DNA from: Fibrobacteria bacterium
GTDB lineage: Bacteria > Fibrobacterota > Fibrobacteria > UBA5070
NCBI GenBank assembly: GCA_035604215.1
Contig: DATNIW010000104.1
Coordinates: forward strand, 1-60,261
DNA: 60,261 bases
Reading direction: 5' to 3'
Shown here: piece after piece, positions 17,997 through 26,784 of the stretch
Layout of the letters: each line of letters starts with the position of its first letter
Position numbering within the stretch: position 1 is the stretch's first letter
The notes under the pieces: model-generated
Seen by the model: the letters and a program-made list of their open reading frames with translations, nothing else
Databases searched by the model: none
What the model was told of the DNA's origin: nothing
Position numbers and translations under genes: made by a program

Positions 17997-18965
17997 ATGT
18001 TGGACCTGGAAGCCCTGTCCGCCTTCGTGGCGGCTTGCGAAGACGGATCCGTCAGCCGCGCGGCGCAGCGCCTGTTCCGTTCGCAGCCGGCGGTGACGCG
18101 CCAGATCGCGACCCTGGAGAGCGAATTGGGCACGGCGCTCCTGGACCGTTCCTCCAAGGGGGTGAAGCCGACGGCCGCGGGCCGCGAAGTGCTGGAGCGG
18201 GCGCGCCGCCTTATCCGGGACGCCCAGGCCCTGCGCCAGGCGGCCGGCGCGGGAGGGGAGATGTCGGGCACGTTGCGCATCGCCTGCAGCGACACCGTGG
18301 CGCGCTACTGGCTGGCCCCACACCTCGGGAGCTTCGCCGCTCGTTTCCCGGAGGTTGGCCTGGAGCTCGATCTTTCCGTCTCTCCGGAGATCGCCGACCG
18401 CGTGGCCCATGGACTCTCGGACGTCGGGTTCGTGTTGCTGCCGCTCCAGCATCCCTCGCTTTCGCAGCGGGTGGTCCTGCGCTACCGGCACGTGGCAGCG
18501 TTCGCGCGCGGCGCCGCCCCGAAATCGGAAGGGGCCGTGGCCCCGCAGGATCTCGCGGGCTCGACCCTGGTGCTCCTGGGGAAGCGGACCCGTTCGCGCC
18601 AGCTCATCGAAGACGGATTCCGTCGCAAAGGGCTGCGCCCCGACCGGATCGTGGAGGTGGGGAACGTGTCGGTCCAGAAGGAACTGGTTCGGGTGGGATT
18701 GGGCGTCGGTGTCCTCCCGGACTACGCCTGCGTCCGGGGCGACGGGCTGGAGTACCGGCCCATCGCCGACGCCAGCGTGCGCGAGGTGGCGCTGACCACA
18801 CACAAGACGGATTTCGTGGCCGGCCCGGCAGACGCCTTCGTGCGGATGCTTCTCGAAGAGGTGGCGGACGGATGTCCTACGGACCTTTCGGGTTCGCCAG
18901 GGAGCGCAGGAAGGCCAGCAGGCGGTCGCGGGATTCGCGGTCGGGCATGGCGTCGTACAACCTGA
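17997..18965 (+). CDS. LysR-family transcriptional regulator
   Basis: LEALSAFVAACEDGSVSRAAQRLFRSQPAVTRQIATLESELG HTH; GTLRIACS substrate domain; C-terminal tail overlaps convergent gene. Confidence 0.93.
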   Translation: MLDLEALSAFVAACEDGSVSRAAQRLFRSQPAVTRQIATLESELGTALLDRSSKGVKPTAAGREVLERARRLIRDAQALRQAAGAGGEMSGTLRIACSDTVARYWLAPHLGSFAARFPEVGLELDLSVSPEIADRVAHGLSDVGFVLLPLQHPSLSQRVVLRYRHVAAFARGAAPKSEGAVAPQDLAGSTLVLLGKRTRSRQLIEDGFRRKGLRPDRIVEVGNVSVQKELVRVGLGVGVLPDYACVRGDGLEYRPIADASVREVALTTHKTDFVAGPADAFVRMLLEEVADGCPTDLSGSPGSAGRPAGGRGIRGRAWRRTT

Positions 18966-19251
18966 GCAGCTCCAAGCGGTCGGCCGACAGGCCGGGTGCG
19001 CATTCTGCCGCCATCCAGTCGTCCTCCGGGAAGGCGAGCGAGGAAGGCGAAACCCCCAGCGCCGCGGCATAGGAACGGATGCGCTCCAAGGGGAGAGCGT
19101 TGTCGCCCCTCTCGTACTTCTGGATCTGCTGGTGGGACAATTCCAGGCGCATCGCCAACTCACGCTGGGAGAGACCGGCGTTTCTCCGGAAGGCCCTCAG
19201 CTTGTCCCCGACCAGTTTCTGGAAGTCTTCTCTGTTTCCCGCTCCGCGCAC
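18877..19251 (-). CDS. XRE/Cro-family helix-turn-helix regulator
   Basis: VGDKLRAFRRNAGLSQRELAMRLELSHQQIQKYERGDN HTH_3 motif; start uncertain (GTG 19251 proposed). Confidence 0.85.
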   Translation of the reverse strand: MRGAGNREDFQKLVGDKLRAFRRNAGLSQRELAMRLELSHQQIQKYERGDNALPLERIRSYAAALGVSPSSLAFPEDDWMAAECAPGLSADRLELLRLYDAMPDRESRDRLLAFLRSLANPKGP

Positions 19252-19297
19252 TGGGATGACAGGTAGAATCCATCCACCCTTCCGGTGAGCCACGTTC

Positions 19298-19339
19298 GGT
19301 TGCCAAACTCCCGGGGAAATGGCTATCTTTGGTTGCCAA
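19298..19339 (+). promoter_or_regulatory. Putative promoter with duplicated GGTTGCCAA operator-like boxes
   Basis: TTGCCA (19300-05), 18 bp, TATCTT(TG) (19324-31); GGTTGCCAA at 19298-19306 and 19331-19339. Confidence 0.5.
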
Positions 19340-19382
19340 CGATGGACCAACCCCGATTCCACCTCCTTCCAAAGGATCCCGC

Positions 19383-19703
19383 ATGCATTGTTTCCTCGTC
19401 CTGTGGCCTATCGGCGACCCGGATTCCCTAGCGGACTTTCTGGAGGAGGCAGAAAATCACGGACATCGGGTCCATCGCCCAGTGGTGTCATCCGATCCCT
19501 GCGCCATCGAAACCACCGATCCCGCCCTGATGCTCGGTGCCATGCCCGAGAGACTTCGCGAACATCTGCGTTCGGGCGAATGGAAGGGCCAAGTCCGCTT
19601 TTACGGCGAGGGCGACCTGGACGTCCCGCCGCGATTGATCTCCGTCTGCGCGGAGCTGGGAGTGGGAATTTCGGTGTGGAGGTCGATTCCGACGTTCGGG
19701 TAG
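19383..19703 (+). CDS. Small hypothetical protein (weak DUF4279-like C-terminus)
   Basis: 106 aa, AAGGA upstream of ATG 19383; C-terminal LDVPPRLISVCAELGVGISV resembles DUF4279 end. Confidence 0.55.
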   Translation: MHCFLVLWPIGDPDSLADFLEEAENHGHRVHRPVVSSDPCAIETTDPALMLGAMPERLREHLRSGEWKGQVRFYGEGDLDVPPRLISVCAELGVGISVWRSIPTFG

Positions 19704-19757
19704 GAATCCCATCCCGCCGATCCCACCTCCCCCCCGATTCTCCTACTTTCCTCGGAC

Positions 19758-21182
19758 ATGGCACCCAAGATCCGCAAAGGCAGCGGGGGGACCTCCGGCA
19801 CACCCTCCCTGGAGGAACTGGAAGCCGAGCTCGAACGCCGACGCAGCCCTGCGGCTTCAGCCTTGTCCGAAGCGCGGCGGCAGGCCCCGCCCAACGAACT
19901 CCGTCTGCGCTACTCCGGAGTCGGGAAGCGACTGAAGGCGAAAGTCGTGCGCGACGACCTCCGGTTCGGGTTCCCCTTCCTCTCCTGGGACGCTTGGATG
20001 GTGCTCCTCCACATCTCCAGGGAACCGCTGGAACACAACCGGGACGGTTCCATTCCCGCGCGCTGGATCAAACCGCTGGAGCGTCGGCTGGTTCCGTTGC
20101 CCTCGTGGGTCGGGATTGAGGATTCCATCGGTCGCCGCGTGCCCCACGCCCTCAACCTGCTCCTGGACCTCAAACTGCTCTCCTCCCGCCGGGGACCGAT
20201 GCCCGAAGTCCCGAACCTGGGGATTTCTCCCGGCGGCTCGGAGGTGGTGAAGGCCGGGCGTCCTGCGTTCTTCGAACGCTGCATGGATTGCGAAGAACTC
20301 CGCTCCTTCGACCCCGCTCGGGATCTGCTGGGCGCGGCCAACCAAGGCAGCATCGACGTGGTCTGCTGGAGGATGGGACACGAACCCGATGAATTCGAAG
20401 GTTTGGGACGCCGCCTGGCCCAGCGGGTATTGGAGGTCCTTCCACCGGTCGGGGCCGTGCGGATGTCCGACATGGAAAGAGCCTTCGCTCCCTCCCATCC
20501 CCACGACTTCGTCCGCGGCGTCCCCATGATCGAGCGCAGGATCGAGGTCTCCTCGGAGGATTTCTTCGATCGCATCCAGGAATCCTCCGCCAGGGCGTTG
20601 ATGGTCGGAGCCCTGATCCACCCCTACTTCCTGGGTCTCGTCGCCCGCGGCATCACCGCCGAGGGAGCCATCACATGGAGCTTGACGGAGTCGGGCAGGA
20701 ACTGGCTGGGGCTTCCGTCCGACCCCCATCCCGCCGCGCCGCGCCACGCCAAGGTCACCCCCGCCTTCGACCTCTATTTCGGGCGCGTGGACCCGAACCT
20801 CCTGGCCGAGTTTTCGCTCTTTTCGGATCTCACCTCGCAGGACCACGGGATCGTCGGACGGCTCACCCGTTCCAGCGTGCAGGCGGCCTCGACCTTGGGA
20901 CTGTCCGCTGCCGAGATCCTGGCCTCGCTGGACGGCCATGTCGCGAGTCCTCTGCCCGACAACGTACGCCTGACCCTGGCGGATTGGAGCAGGGGTGCGC
21001 AGCCCGTCCGCGTCCTGGAAGGCTTGGTCCTGGTCTGCCCGGACGAGTCCAGCGCATCCACCTTGGAACGCTTGGCCAAGGGATCGGCGGAACGACTGTC
21101 CGAAGCGATCCTGCTGCTTCCCGATCGCAGCACCCTCGCCGCATTGCGCCGGAAGGCGGCCGAATCGGGCATCCTCCTGTAG
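19758..21182 (+). CDS. Helicase-associated domain protein (XPB N-terminal-like, Helicase_C_3)
   Basis: C-terminal VTPAFDL...RLTRSSVQAA..GLSAAEILASL..H...PLPDNVRLTLADW; no Walker motifs. Confidence 0.8.
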   Translation: MAPKIRKGSGGTSGTPSLEELEAELERRRSPAASALSEARRQAPPNELRLRYSGVGKRLKAKVVRDDLRFGFPFLSWDAWMVLLHISREPLEHNRDGSIPARWIKPLERRLVPLPSWVGIEDSIGRRVPHALNLLLDLKLLSSRRGPMPEVPNLGISPGGSEVVKAGRPAFFERCMDCEELRSFDPARDLLGAANQGSIDVVCWRMGHEPDEFEGLGRRLAQRVLEVLPPVGAVRMSDMERAFAPSHPHDFVRGVPMIERRIEVSSEDFFDRIQESSARALMVGALIHPYFLGLVARGITAEGAITWSLTESGRNWLGLPSDPHPAAPRHAKVTPAFDLYFGRVDPNLLAEFSLFSDLTSQDHGIVGRLTRSSVQAASTLGLSAAEILASLDGHVASPLPDNVRLTLADWSRGAQPVRVLEGLVLVCPDESSASTLERLAKGSAERLSEAILLLPDRSTLAALRRKAAESGILL

Positions 21183-21196
21183 CGGCCCCCGCTTTC

Positions 21197-21709
21197 CTAT
21201 CCGGGCTTCCTCGCGTCGGCGATGGCCTGGAGGAGGGCCGGTTCCTCCGCTCCCCCGGTGAAGGACCCGCGCACGATTCCCTTCCCGTCCAGGACGTAGA
21301 CCTGGGGGATCTCCTCCAATTTCAGGTCGTAGAAGAATCCGTTGGCCCCGACACCCACGGGGTAGGGGATCTGCAATCGGTCCACCAGCAGGGGCACCGC
21401 GGCGGGGCTGTCGTCCACGGACAGGCCGATGATCTTCAGTCCCGAAGGGCCCTCCTCCTTCAACACCCGCTCCAGGGTGCCGACTTCCTCGCGGCAGGGT
21501 GCGCACCAGGTCGCCCAGAAGACCACGATCGAGGGCGAACCCAGGAGATCGGTGCTCCGGACCGAATCCCGGCCGGGAATGGACGCGAATGCGAAGCTGG
21601 GGAAGGGGTGGTTCAGCAGGTTCTCCGGCGACGGGCGGAGGTGGATGCCGGGGATCCGGCATCCGAACAGCAGGAGGATTCCCAGGATCGATGCGGCGAA
21701 GGGCTTCAT
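21197..21709 (-). CDS. TlpA-like disulfide reductase lipoprotein
   Basis: LLLFGC lipobox; VVFWATWCAPCREE CxxC; IPQVYVLD cis-Pro motif. Confidence 0.9.
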   Translation of the reverse strand: MKPFAASILGILLLFGCRIPGIHLRPSPENLLNHPFPSFAFASIPGRDSVRSTDLLGSPSIVVFWATWCAPCREEVGTLERVLKEEGPSGLKIIGLSVDDSPAAVPLLVDRLQIPYPVGVGANGFFYDLKLEEIPQVYVLDGKGIVRGSFTGGAEEPALLQAIADARKPG

Positions 21710-21809
21710 GGCGGACAGAAGATAGAACCGCGGGTCGGCGCCGCGATCGACACCAACGAAAGGCGAGCCGGATGTAAGTTTACCACCAGTCCTTTCGCCC
21801 GGAGGTTCC

Positions 21810-22508
21810 ATGCGCATCCGCCTTACGCCCGTCTTGTTGGCTTTCGCCGCTGTCCAAGCGGTGGAGATCGTTCCCCCCTCCCCCTACATGTCCTCTCCGC
21901 CACCGGTGCAGGCGGACACCAGCGTGATCGATCCCGGACGGTTGCCCAAGGTCTACACCGTGGAACCCGGCATCAAGGAACAATGGTTCTCGGGCTGGAA
22001 CCTCACCAGCGACCATCCCCTGTCCGCACCCTTGGGGATCGAAGCGCCTCAACGGGACAAGGTGACCTTCCATGTCGCATTCAACGACCATGGGTGGCCC
22101 ACGGACGTGAACTACTTCGACGCCTCCGGCTCGCCCCGCTGGACCAAGCTGTTCCGGTATCCCACCAAGATTCCAGGCGGGCCTGGAGACGTCTCCTTCA
22201 CTTCGACCTGGATCAATTCCAAGGGCGAGGCCGTCTCGATGTCCGACATCGCGTCCACCTACAAGGCCACGAGCTGGAAGTTGGGCCTGAAGAAGTACAA
22301 GGTTTCCGATCTCCTCGGCGAGCCCATGCTGGTGGACCGTTCGACGGGATCCGGCGTGGTCGCGGAGGTCTGGAGCTACCTGGTGGACGGGCAGGAAGTC
22401 CGTTTCTCCTTCGACAAGGACAACAAGCTCGTGGCCCTTCCGGCCTACGCCGAAGTGGCAGCGCCGGTCGACGAGGCCAAGCCCGCGGGGACCTCCACCA
22501 AGAAATAG
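21810..22508 (+). CDS. Hypothetical secreted protein with C-terminal SmpA/BamE-like domain
   Basis: GGAGG RBS; signal peptide; KVSDLLGEP...EVWSY...VRFSFDKDNKLV pattern. Confidence 0.65.
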   Translation: MRIRLTPVLLAFAAVQAVEIVPPSPYMSSPPPVQADTSVIDPGRLPKVYTVEPGIKEQWFSGWNLTSDHPLSAPLGIEAPQRDKVTFHVAFNDHGWPTDVNYFDASGSPRWTKLFRYPTKIPGGPGDVSFTSTWINSKGEAVSMSDIASTYKATSWKLGLKKYKVSDLLGEPMLVDRSTGSGVVAEVWSYLVDGQEVRFSFDKDNKLVALPAYAEVAAPVDEAKPAGTSTKK

Positions 22509-22521
22509 CGACCAGTCGGGT

Positions 22522-22555
22522 CCCGGCTCCCTTCCAGGCGGTTCCGGAAGCCGGG
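22522..22555. terminator. Hairpin between convergent genes
   Basis: CCCGGCT...AGCCGGG arms between stops at 22508 and 22575. Confidence 0.4.
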
Positions 22556-22574
22556 CACGGGCACGGAGATCAGG

Positions 22575-23462
22575 TCAATTCCTGACCCAGGGGAAGACCT
22601 CGAGTCCCGAGACGAGGCGGGGACCCGATTCTCCCCACTCCATGGGGCGAGGCAGCAGGTGGCCGAGCTCCCGGCTTGTCGTGAGTCGTCCCGCCCGTTT
22701 GAGGGACTCCAGGAGCGCCACCATGGTCCGGAAGGCGCGCCCGGGCTCGAGCCGAGGGTCTCGAACCTCCCATTCCAGGGGATCCAAGCGGACCTGGGCC
22801 AGGGAATCCAGTCCGTTCGCTGCGCAGCAATCGACGACCAGGGCGCTTTCGTAGCCCCCTGTCAGGGCCAAGGGAAGCTCGCGGATCGCGGAAGTTCGCA
22901 ACGCCAGCAGAGGCGTGGTGGGATCGACGACCACGGCGAGGTCGGGATGGAGGGCCGAAAGAACCGGCCGCGTGCCCAAGGCCGACAGCGGGCCTCCGTC
23001 GATCTGCGATGCCCCAAGGCACAGCTTGACGTCCGGATCGTCCAACAGCACCCGGACCATGGTCGCGATCCCGGCCACGTCCAACCGGATCAAGTCGGCC
23101 GGCAGAACCAGAAGGATGTCGGATTTCGTCTGCTTCAGGGCGCGGGCGAGACCGTCCCCGTCGGCGGAGGGGTCCAAGGCTGCGGCGAGCCGATCGGCGG
23201 GCTCCAGGATCGTGGCTCCATGCTCCCGTCCGATCTCCAGGGTGGTGTCCGTGCTGCCCAGGTCGGCCACCAGGATTTCGGACCACGGGGCGGTCCCCTT
23301 CGGCCAGCCGTGTTTGAGCAGGAGCAGATGCCTGCCGAGAGTGGCGGCCGCGTTTCGCGCCAGGATGCACAGGTCGATCCGGACCTCCGACCCCCGCAGT
23401 CGGGATGCCGCGTCCCGCGAGGGCAGGAACGAGTTGCGGAAAAGCCAGGCTTCGGGCGTCAT
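22575..23462 (-). CDS. GpgS-like (glucosyl-3-phosphoglycerate synthase fold, GT-A) protein with degenerate active site
   Basis: EILVADLGSTDTT, RPVLSALHPDL, GLDSLAQVRL match GpgS family layout; DxD reads PAD; start ATG 23462 overlaps upstream stop. Confidence 0.75.
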   Translation of the reverse strand: MTPEAWLFRNSFLPSRDAASRLRGSEVRIDLCILARNAAATLGRHLLLLKHGWPKGTAPWSEILVADLGSTDTTLEIGREHGATILEPADRLAAALDPSADGDGLARALKQTKSDILLVLPADLIRLDVAGIATMVRVLLDDPDVKLCLGASQIDGGPLSALGTRPVLSALHPDLAVVVDPTTPLLALRTSAIRELPLALTGGYESALVVDCCAANGLDSLAQVRLDPLEWEVRDPRLEPGRAFRTMVALLESLKRAGRLTTSRELGHLLPRPMEWGESGPRLVSGLEVFPWVRN

Positions 23463-24583
23463 GGGGTGTTCCGCCCCGCCACCTGGACGAGCACGGCGTA
23501 GGCCTGCCGCAGCCCGAGGGGAAGGCTGTCCAGATACAGGGTCTCCATGTGGGTCTCCAGACCCACCACGCTCGCCAAACCGATGGTCACGGCGGCAACT
23601 CCGTAGTGCAGGCAGACCGATGCATCCGAACTCGACGCTCCAAGACGCGGGACCAGTCCCGCCCAGCTCTGCGCCTCCCGAGTTCCGATCACCAACGGGT
23701 GGTCGGGGTACAGTCCGGTGGCATGGCGGAACCCCTTCTGGGACAGTTCCGCCCGGCAACCCGACAATCCCTTGCACAGGGTGCCGGCCGCGCGCTGGGC
23801 TTCGCGGATGAGTCGCTGCAATTCCTCTTCCCCGTCCGACCGGAGTTCGAAGCGCAACACCGCCTTGGAGGGAAGCGTGTTCCACGCGTCGCCGGATTCC
23901 AGTTGGGCCGGGTTGTAGAGGGTTCTCGGGAATCCGGGCTTGTGGATGGCTTCCATCTGGCTGGAGAATTCCATGGCCAGACGAAGGGCGTTGGGACGAC
24001 CCGAATCGCGCCAGCAGTGGCCTCCGGGAGCCCAGACGGCGAGTTCCCCGCGGTAGGTCCCCACCGACCAATGGTCCAACCGGCCCAAACCCGGTCCCTG
24101 GAGGCAGACCACCCGTTCGGCGACGGTGGGAAGCCATGGGAACAGATGGCAGATGCCGCGCAGATCGCCGGACATCTCCGAACCCACGGTGGCGACGAAC
24201 CAGATGTCGCCCAATCCCTGGACTTGACGTTCCCGGAGGGTACGGGCCAGGGCCACCAGCACCGCCAAGGCGATGGACTGGCCGGCGATGCCGGGTCCCG
24301 TCAGGCGGTCGGGTCGGACCTGGATGTGGGGGTGGTCGATCGAGTCGTACCAGGAATCCAGGGGCGCCAGCACCACGGTTCCGGGTCTGCCCTTCGTCCC
24401 TGCCAGGACCGAGGCCACATTTCCCGCCTGGTCGACACGGGCCATGCCCAGCGCTTCTTCCAGCAGGTAGCGGACGCTTTGGGCCCTGGCTTCCTCGAAA
24501 CCGGTCGGAGCCGGAATCTCGGCCAACTGGACGGCTTGGGCCACGATGCGCGGGACCTCCGACTCCAGCAGGGTCAGGCCCAT
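23459..24583 (-). CDS. M20/M25/M40 metallopeptidase-fold protein lacking zinc ligands
   Basis: EIPAPTGFEEARA, GNV, PGI, FVATVG.E..GDLRG, PGGH.W...G.P.A, ELRS; start uncertain (24583 or 24625). Confidence 0.75.
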   Translation of the reverse strand: MGLTLLESEVPRIVAQAVQLAEIPAPTGFEEARAQSVRYLLEEALGMARVDQAGNVASVLAGTKGRPGTVVLAPLDSWYDSIDHPHIQVRPDRLTGPGIAGQSIALAVLVALARTLRERQVQGLGDIWFVATVGSEMSGDLRGICHLFPWLPTVAERVVCLQGPGLGRLDHWSVGTYRGELAVWAPGGHCWRDSGRPNALRLAMEFSSQMEAIHKPGFPRTLYNPAQLESGDAWNTLPSKAVLRFELRSDGEEELQRLIREAQRAAGTLCKGLSGCRAELSQKGFRHATGLYPDHPLVIGTREAQSWAGLVPRLGASSSDASVCLHYGVAAVTIGLASVVGLETHMETLYLDSLPLGLRQAYAVLVQVAGRNTP

Positions 24584-24670
24584 CCAGAAACCGGGTCGAC
24601 TGGAGGCTTCCGGAATGCTCAGCAAGGGGAAACGCTCAAGTCCGACGAGAATTCGACCGATGGGAGCAAC

Positions 24671-24844
24671 ATGGACCCTTCTTCCGTTTCCATGTCAGCC
24701 AACGGCAGTGGCTTGGTGGGCCAGATCCAGGTTTCGCTCCTCAAGACGAGCCAGGACCAGCAGGCCAGCCAAGTCGCGCAACTCCTCCAGTCCGCCCAGG
24801 TGAGTCCGGCGAATTTGGGAAAAGCGATCGACGTCACCGCCTGA
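24671..24844 (+). CDS. YjfB-family small protein (putative motility protein)
   Basis: 57 aa, GGGAG RBS; SLLKTSQDQQASQVAQLLQS...NLGKAIDVTA matches YjfB pattern; appears only as tail of a shadow ORF in the supplied track. Confidence 0.75.
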   Translation: MDPSSVSMSANGSGLVGQIQVSLLKTSQDQQASQVAQLLQSAQVSPANLGKAIDVTA

Positions 24845-25289
24845 GCTCCAGCGGGCTCCTTCCCCCCCGACTTCCACCCCGCAGTCCCGGGGGTGGGGAG
24901 AGGATGACCTGTGCCAGGACCAGATCGCGCAATTCCGGAAGGATCGTCTCCGGAAGGCGTGGAGTGGGATCCGCGGGAATTTCCGATAACGCGGAGATCG
25001 GTTTGTAGGCGATTGGCGGCGTGGACCCGATCCCGCGCCGGATCGCCGGGATCGGCACCGTTTCCGAACCGGTTTCCCGCGAAGGCAGGGGTTCCGGAAC
25101 CGGCTGGGATTCCAGGACCGGCTCGGGTCGAGGCTCCCACCAGGAATTCTCCGGCTGGCTTTCCGTGGCGACCGGCCCCGCGGGTCGCGGGTCCTGGGTC
25201 TTCGCCTTCTTTCGCCAAGCCTTGACGACCTGGTATCCCACCACCGCCACCAGGACCAGGATCTTGAACAGGCCGACGGAATCGTGCAT
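24834..25289 (-). CDS. YqfB-like membrane-anchored protein (floA operon)
   Basis: N-terminal TM, Pro/Glu-rich linker, C-terminal LVLAQVILSPP motif; 3 bp after floA stop. Confidence 0.65.
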   Translation of the reverse strand: MHDSVGLFKILVLVAVVGYQVVKAWRKKAKTQDPRPAGPVATESQPENSWWEPRPEPVLESQPVPEPLPSRETGSETVPIPAIRRGIGSTPPIAYKPISALSEIPADPTPRLPETILPELRDLVLAQVILSPPPGLRGGSRGGRSPLELRR

Positions 25290-25292
25290 CCG

Positions 25293-26273
25293 CTACACCT
25301 TGGGCGGAAGTTCCTTGCCCTGCGACAAGGATTGGCGCATTTCCGTATCGGCCTGGAGATTCCGGAGCCCGTAGTAGTCCATCACCCCGATCTTGCCGGT
25401 GCGCAGCGCCTCGGCCATGGCCATGGGAATCTGGGCTTCGGCCTCCACCAGGCGGGAGCGCATCTCCTGGATGCGCGCCAGGTTCTCCTGCTCCAGGGCG
25501 ATGGCCATGGCGCGGCGCTCCTCGGCCTTGGCCTGAGCGATGTTCTTGTCGGCATTGGCCTGGTCCATCTGGAGCTTGGCCCCGATGTTCACGCCCACCT
25601 CGACGTCCGCGATGTCGATGGACAGGATCTCGTAGGCCGTGCCCGCGTCCAATCCCTTGCCGAGAACGGTCTTGGAGATCGAATCCGGATGCTCCAGCAC
25701 GTCCTTGTGCGATTCGGCCGACCCGATTGTGGAAACGATGCCTTCGCCCACGCGGGCCAGGATGGTGGCTTCCCCCGCACCGCCGACCAGGCGGTCGATG
25801 TTGGTGCGCACGGTGACGCGTGCCAGGGCCTTCACCTGGATGCCGTCCTTGGCCATGGCCGCGACCACCGGGGTCTCGATCACCTTGGGGTTCACGGACA
25901 TCTGCACTGCTTCCAGGACGTTGCGACCGGCGAGATCGATGGCCGTGGCCTGCTTGAAGTTCAGGGGGATGCTCGCCTTGTCCGCCGCGATCAGCGACTG
26001 GACCACCCGCATCACGTTTCCGCCGGCCAGGAAATGGGCTTCCAGCAGGCCCACCGGGATCTCGATGCCGGCCTTCACGGCCATGATCTTCGAGGTCACG
26101 ATCAGGCGTGGATTCACCCTCCGGATCCGCATCCCCACCATGGACAGCAGGCCCACGTGCGCTCCGGAGAACAACGCCTGGATCCAGAGTCCCAGGAAAT
26201 TGAAGACCAGGACGACGACGACCAGGAGGAGAATGACGAGGACGACGATCAGGGCGGTGGAAATGTCAGGCAT
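25293..26273 (-). CDS. floA: Flotillin-like protein FloA (UPF0365/YqfA)
   Basis: [75 protein letters not shown]; GGAGG RBS. Confidence 0.97.
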   Translation of the reverse strand: MPDISTALIVVLVILLLVVVVLVFNFLGLWIQALFSGAHVGLLSMVGMRIRRVNPRLIVTSKIMAVKAGIEIPVGLLEAHFLAGGNVMRVVQSLIAADKASIPLNFKQATAIDLAGRNVLEAVQMSVNPKVIETPVVAAMAKDGIQVKALARVTVRTNIDRLVGGAGEATILARVGEGIVSTIGSAESHKDVLEHPDSISKTVLGKGLDAGTAYEILSIDIADVEVGVNIGAKLQMDQANADKNIAQAKAEERRAMAIALEQENLARIQEMRSRLVEAEAQIPMAMAEALRTGKIGVMDYYGLRNLQADTEMRQSLSQGKELPPKV

Positions 26274-26325
26274 GGGACCTCCGGTGGGGGTTGACGAGCG
26301 GACAGGAAGCTACCAACCGCGCGTA

Positions 26326-26784
26326 CTACGGCAAGGGGCGAACCAGAAGTCTCCCTTTTTCCTCTCCCACCACGCGCGCGGTTTCGCCGGGCTCCACGAA
26401 GCGTCCGGTGGACCTCGCTTCGTGACGGATCCCGTCCAAAACGACGCGCCCGACCGGCCGCAGGCCGGTCTCGGCGACGACGGCCTTCCCGATCACGGAG
26501 GGATCGCCGGGATTTTCGCCGCTGTCCAGGTGTTCCTGGAGAGCGAGTCGCGATCTCGCCACCTTCCCCACCCCCCACCAGCCCAGCAGCGGGAACAGGA
26601 CCAGGTCGGCCAGGCCGAAGGTCCAACCCAGGCCAGCGGAATGCCCGAACGCCACGGCCAGGGAACCGATCAGGGTCCCGACGGTGGCGATGGCCAGAAG
26701 GCCTCCGGAGGGAAGGAAGATCTCGGCGAGCAGGAGCGCCGCGGAGACGATCTGCAGGACGGTGGCCAAGGTGGCGTCGTTCAC
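26326..26784 (-). CDS. Short NfeD-like protein (TM + C-terminal OB fold)
   Basis: LLAEIFLPSGGLL, G.AVVAETGLRPVGRV.LDG..HEARS.G.FV..G; GTG start overlaps upstream stop. Confidence 0.85.
   Translation of the reverse strand: MNDATLATVLQIVSAALLLAEIFLPSGGLLAIATVGTLIGSLAVAFGHSAGLGWTFGLADLVLFPLLGWWGVGKVARSRLALQEHLDSGENPGDPSVIGKAVVAETGLRPVGRVVLDGIRHEARSTGRFVEPGETARVVGEEKGRLLVRPLP

Noticed and set aside
19758-21182. DNA helicase
   Set aside because: No Walker A/B or DExH motifs; only the helicase-associated domain.
22575-24583. Calling the GpgS-like and M20-like genes pseudogenes
   Set aside because: Both frames are full length with no stops or frameshifts and are translationally coupled, so they are kept as CDS.
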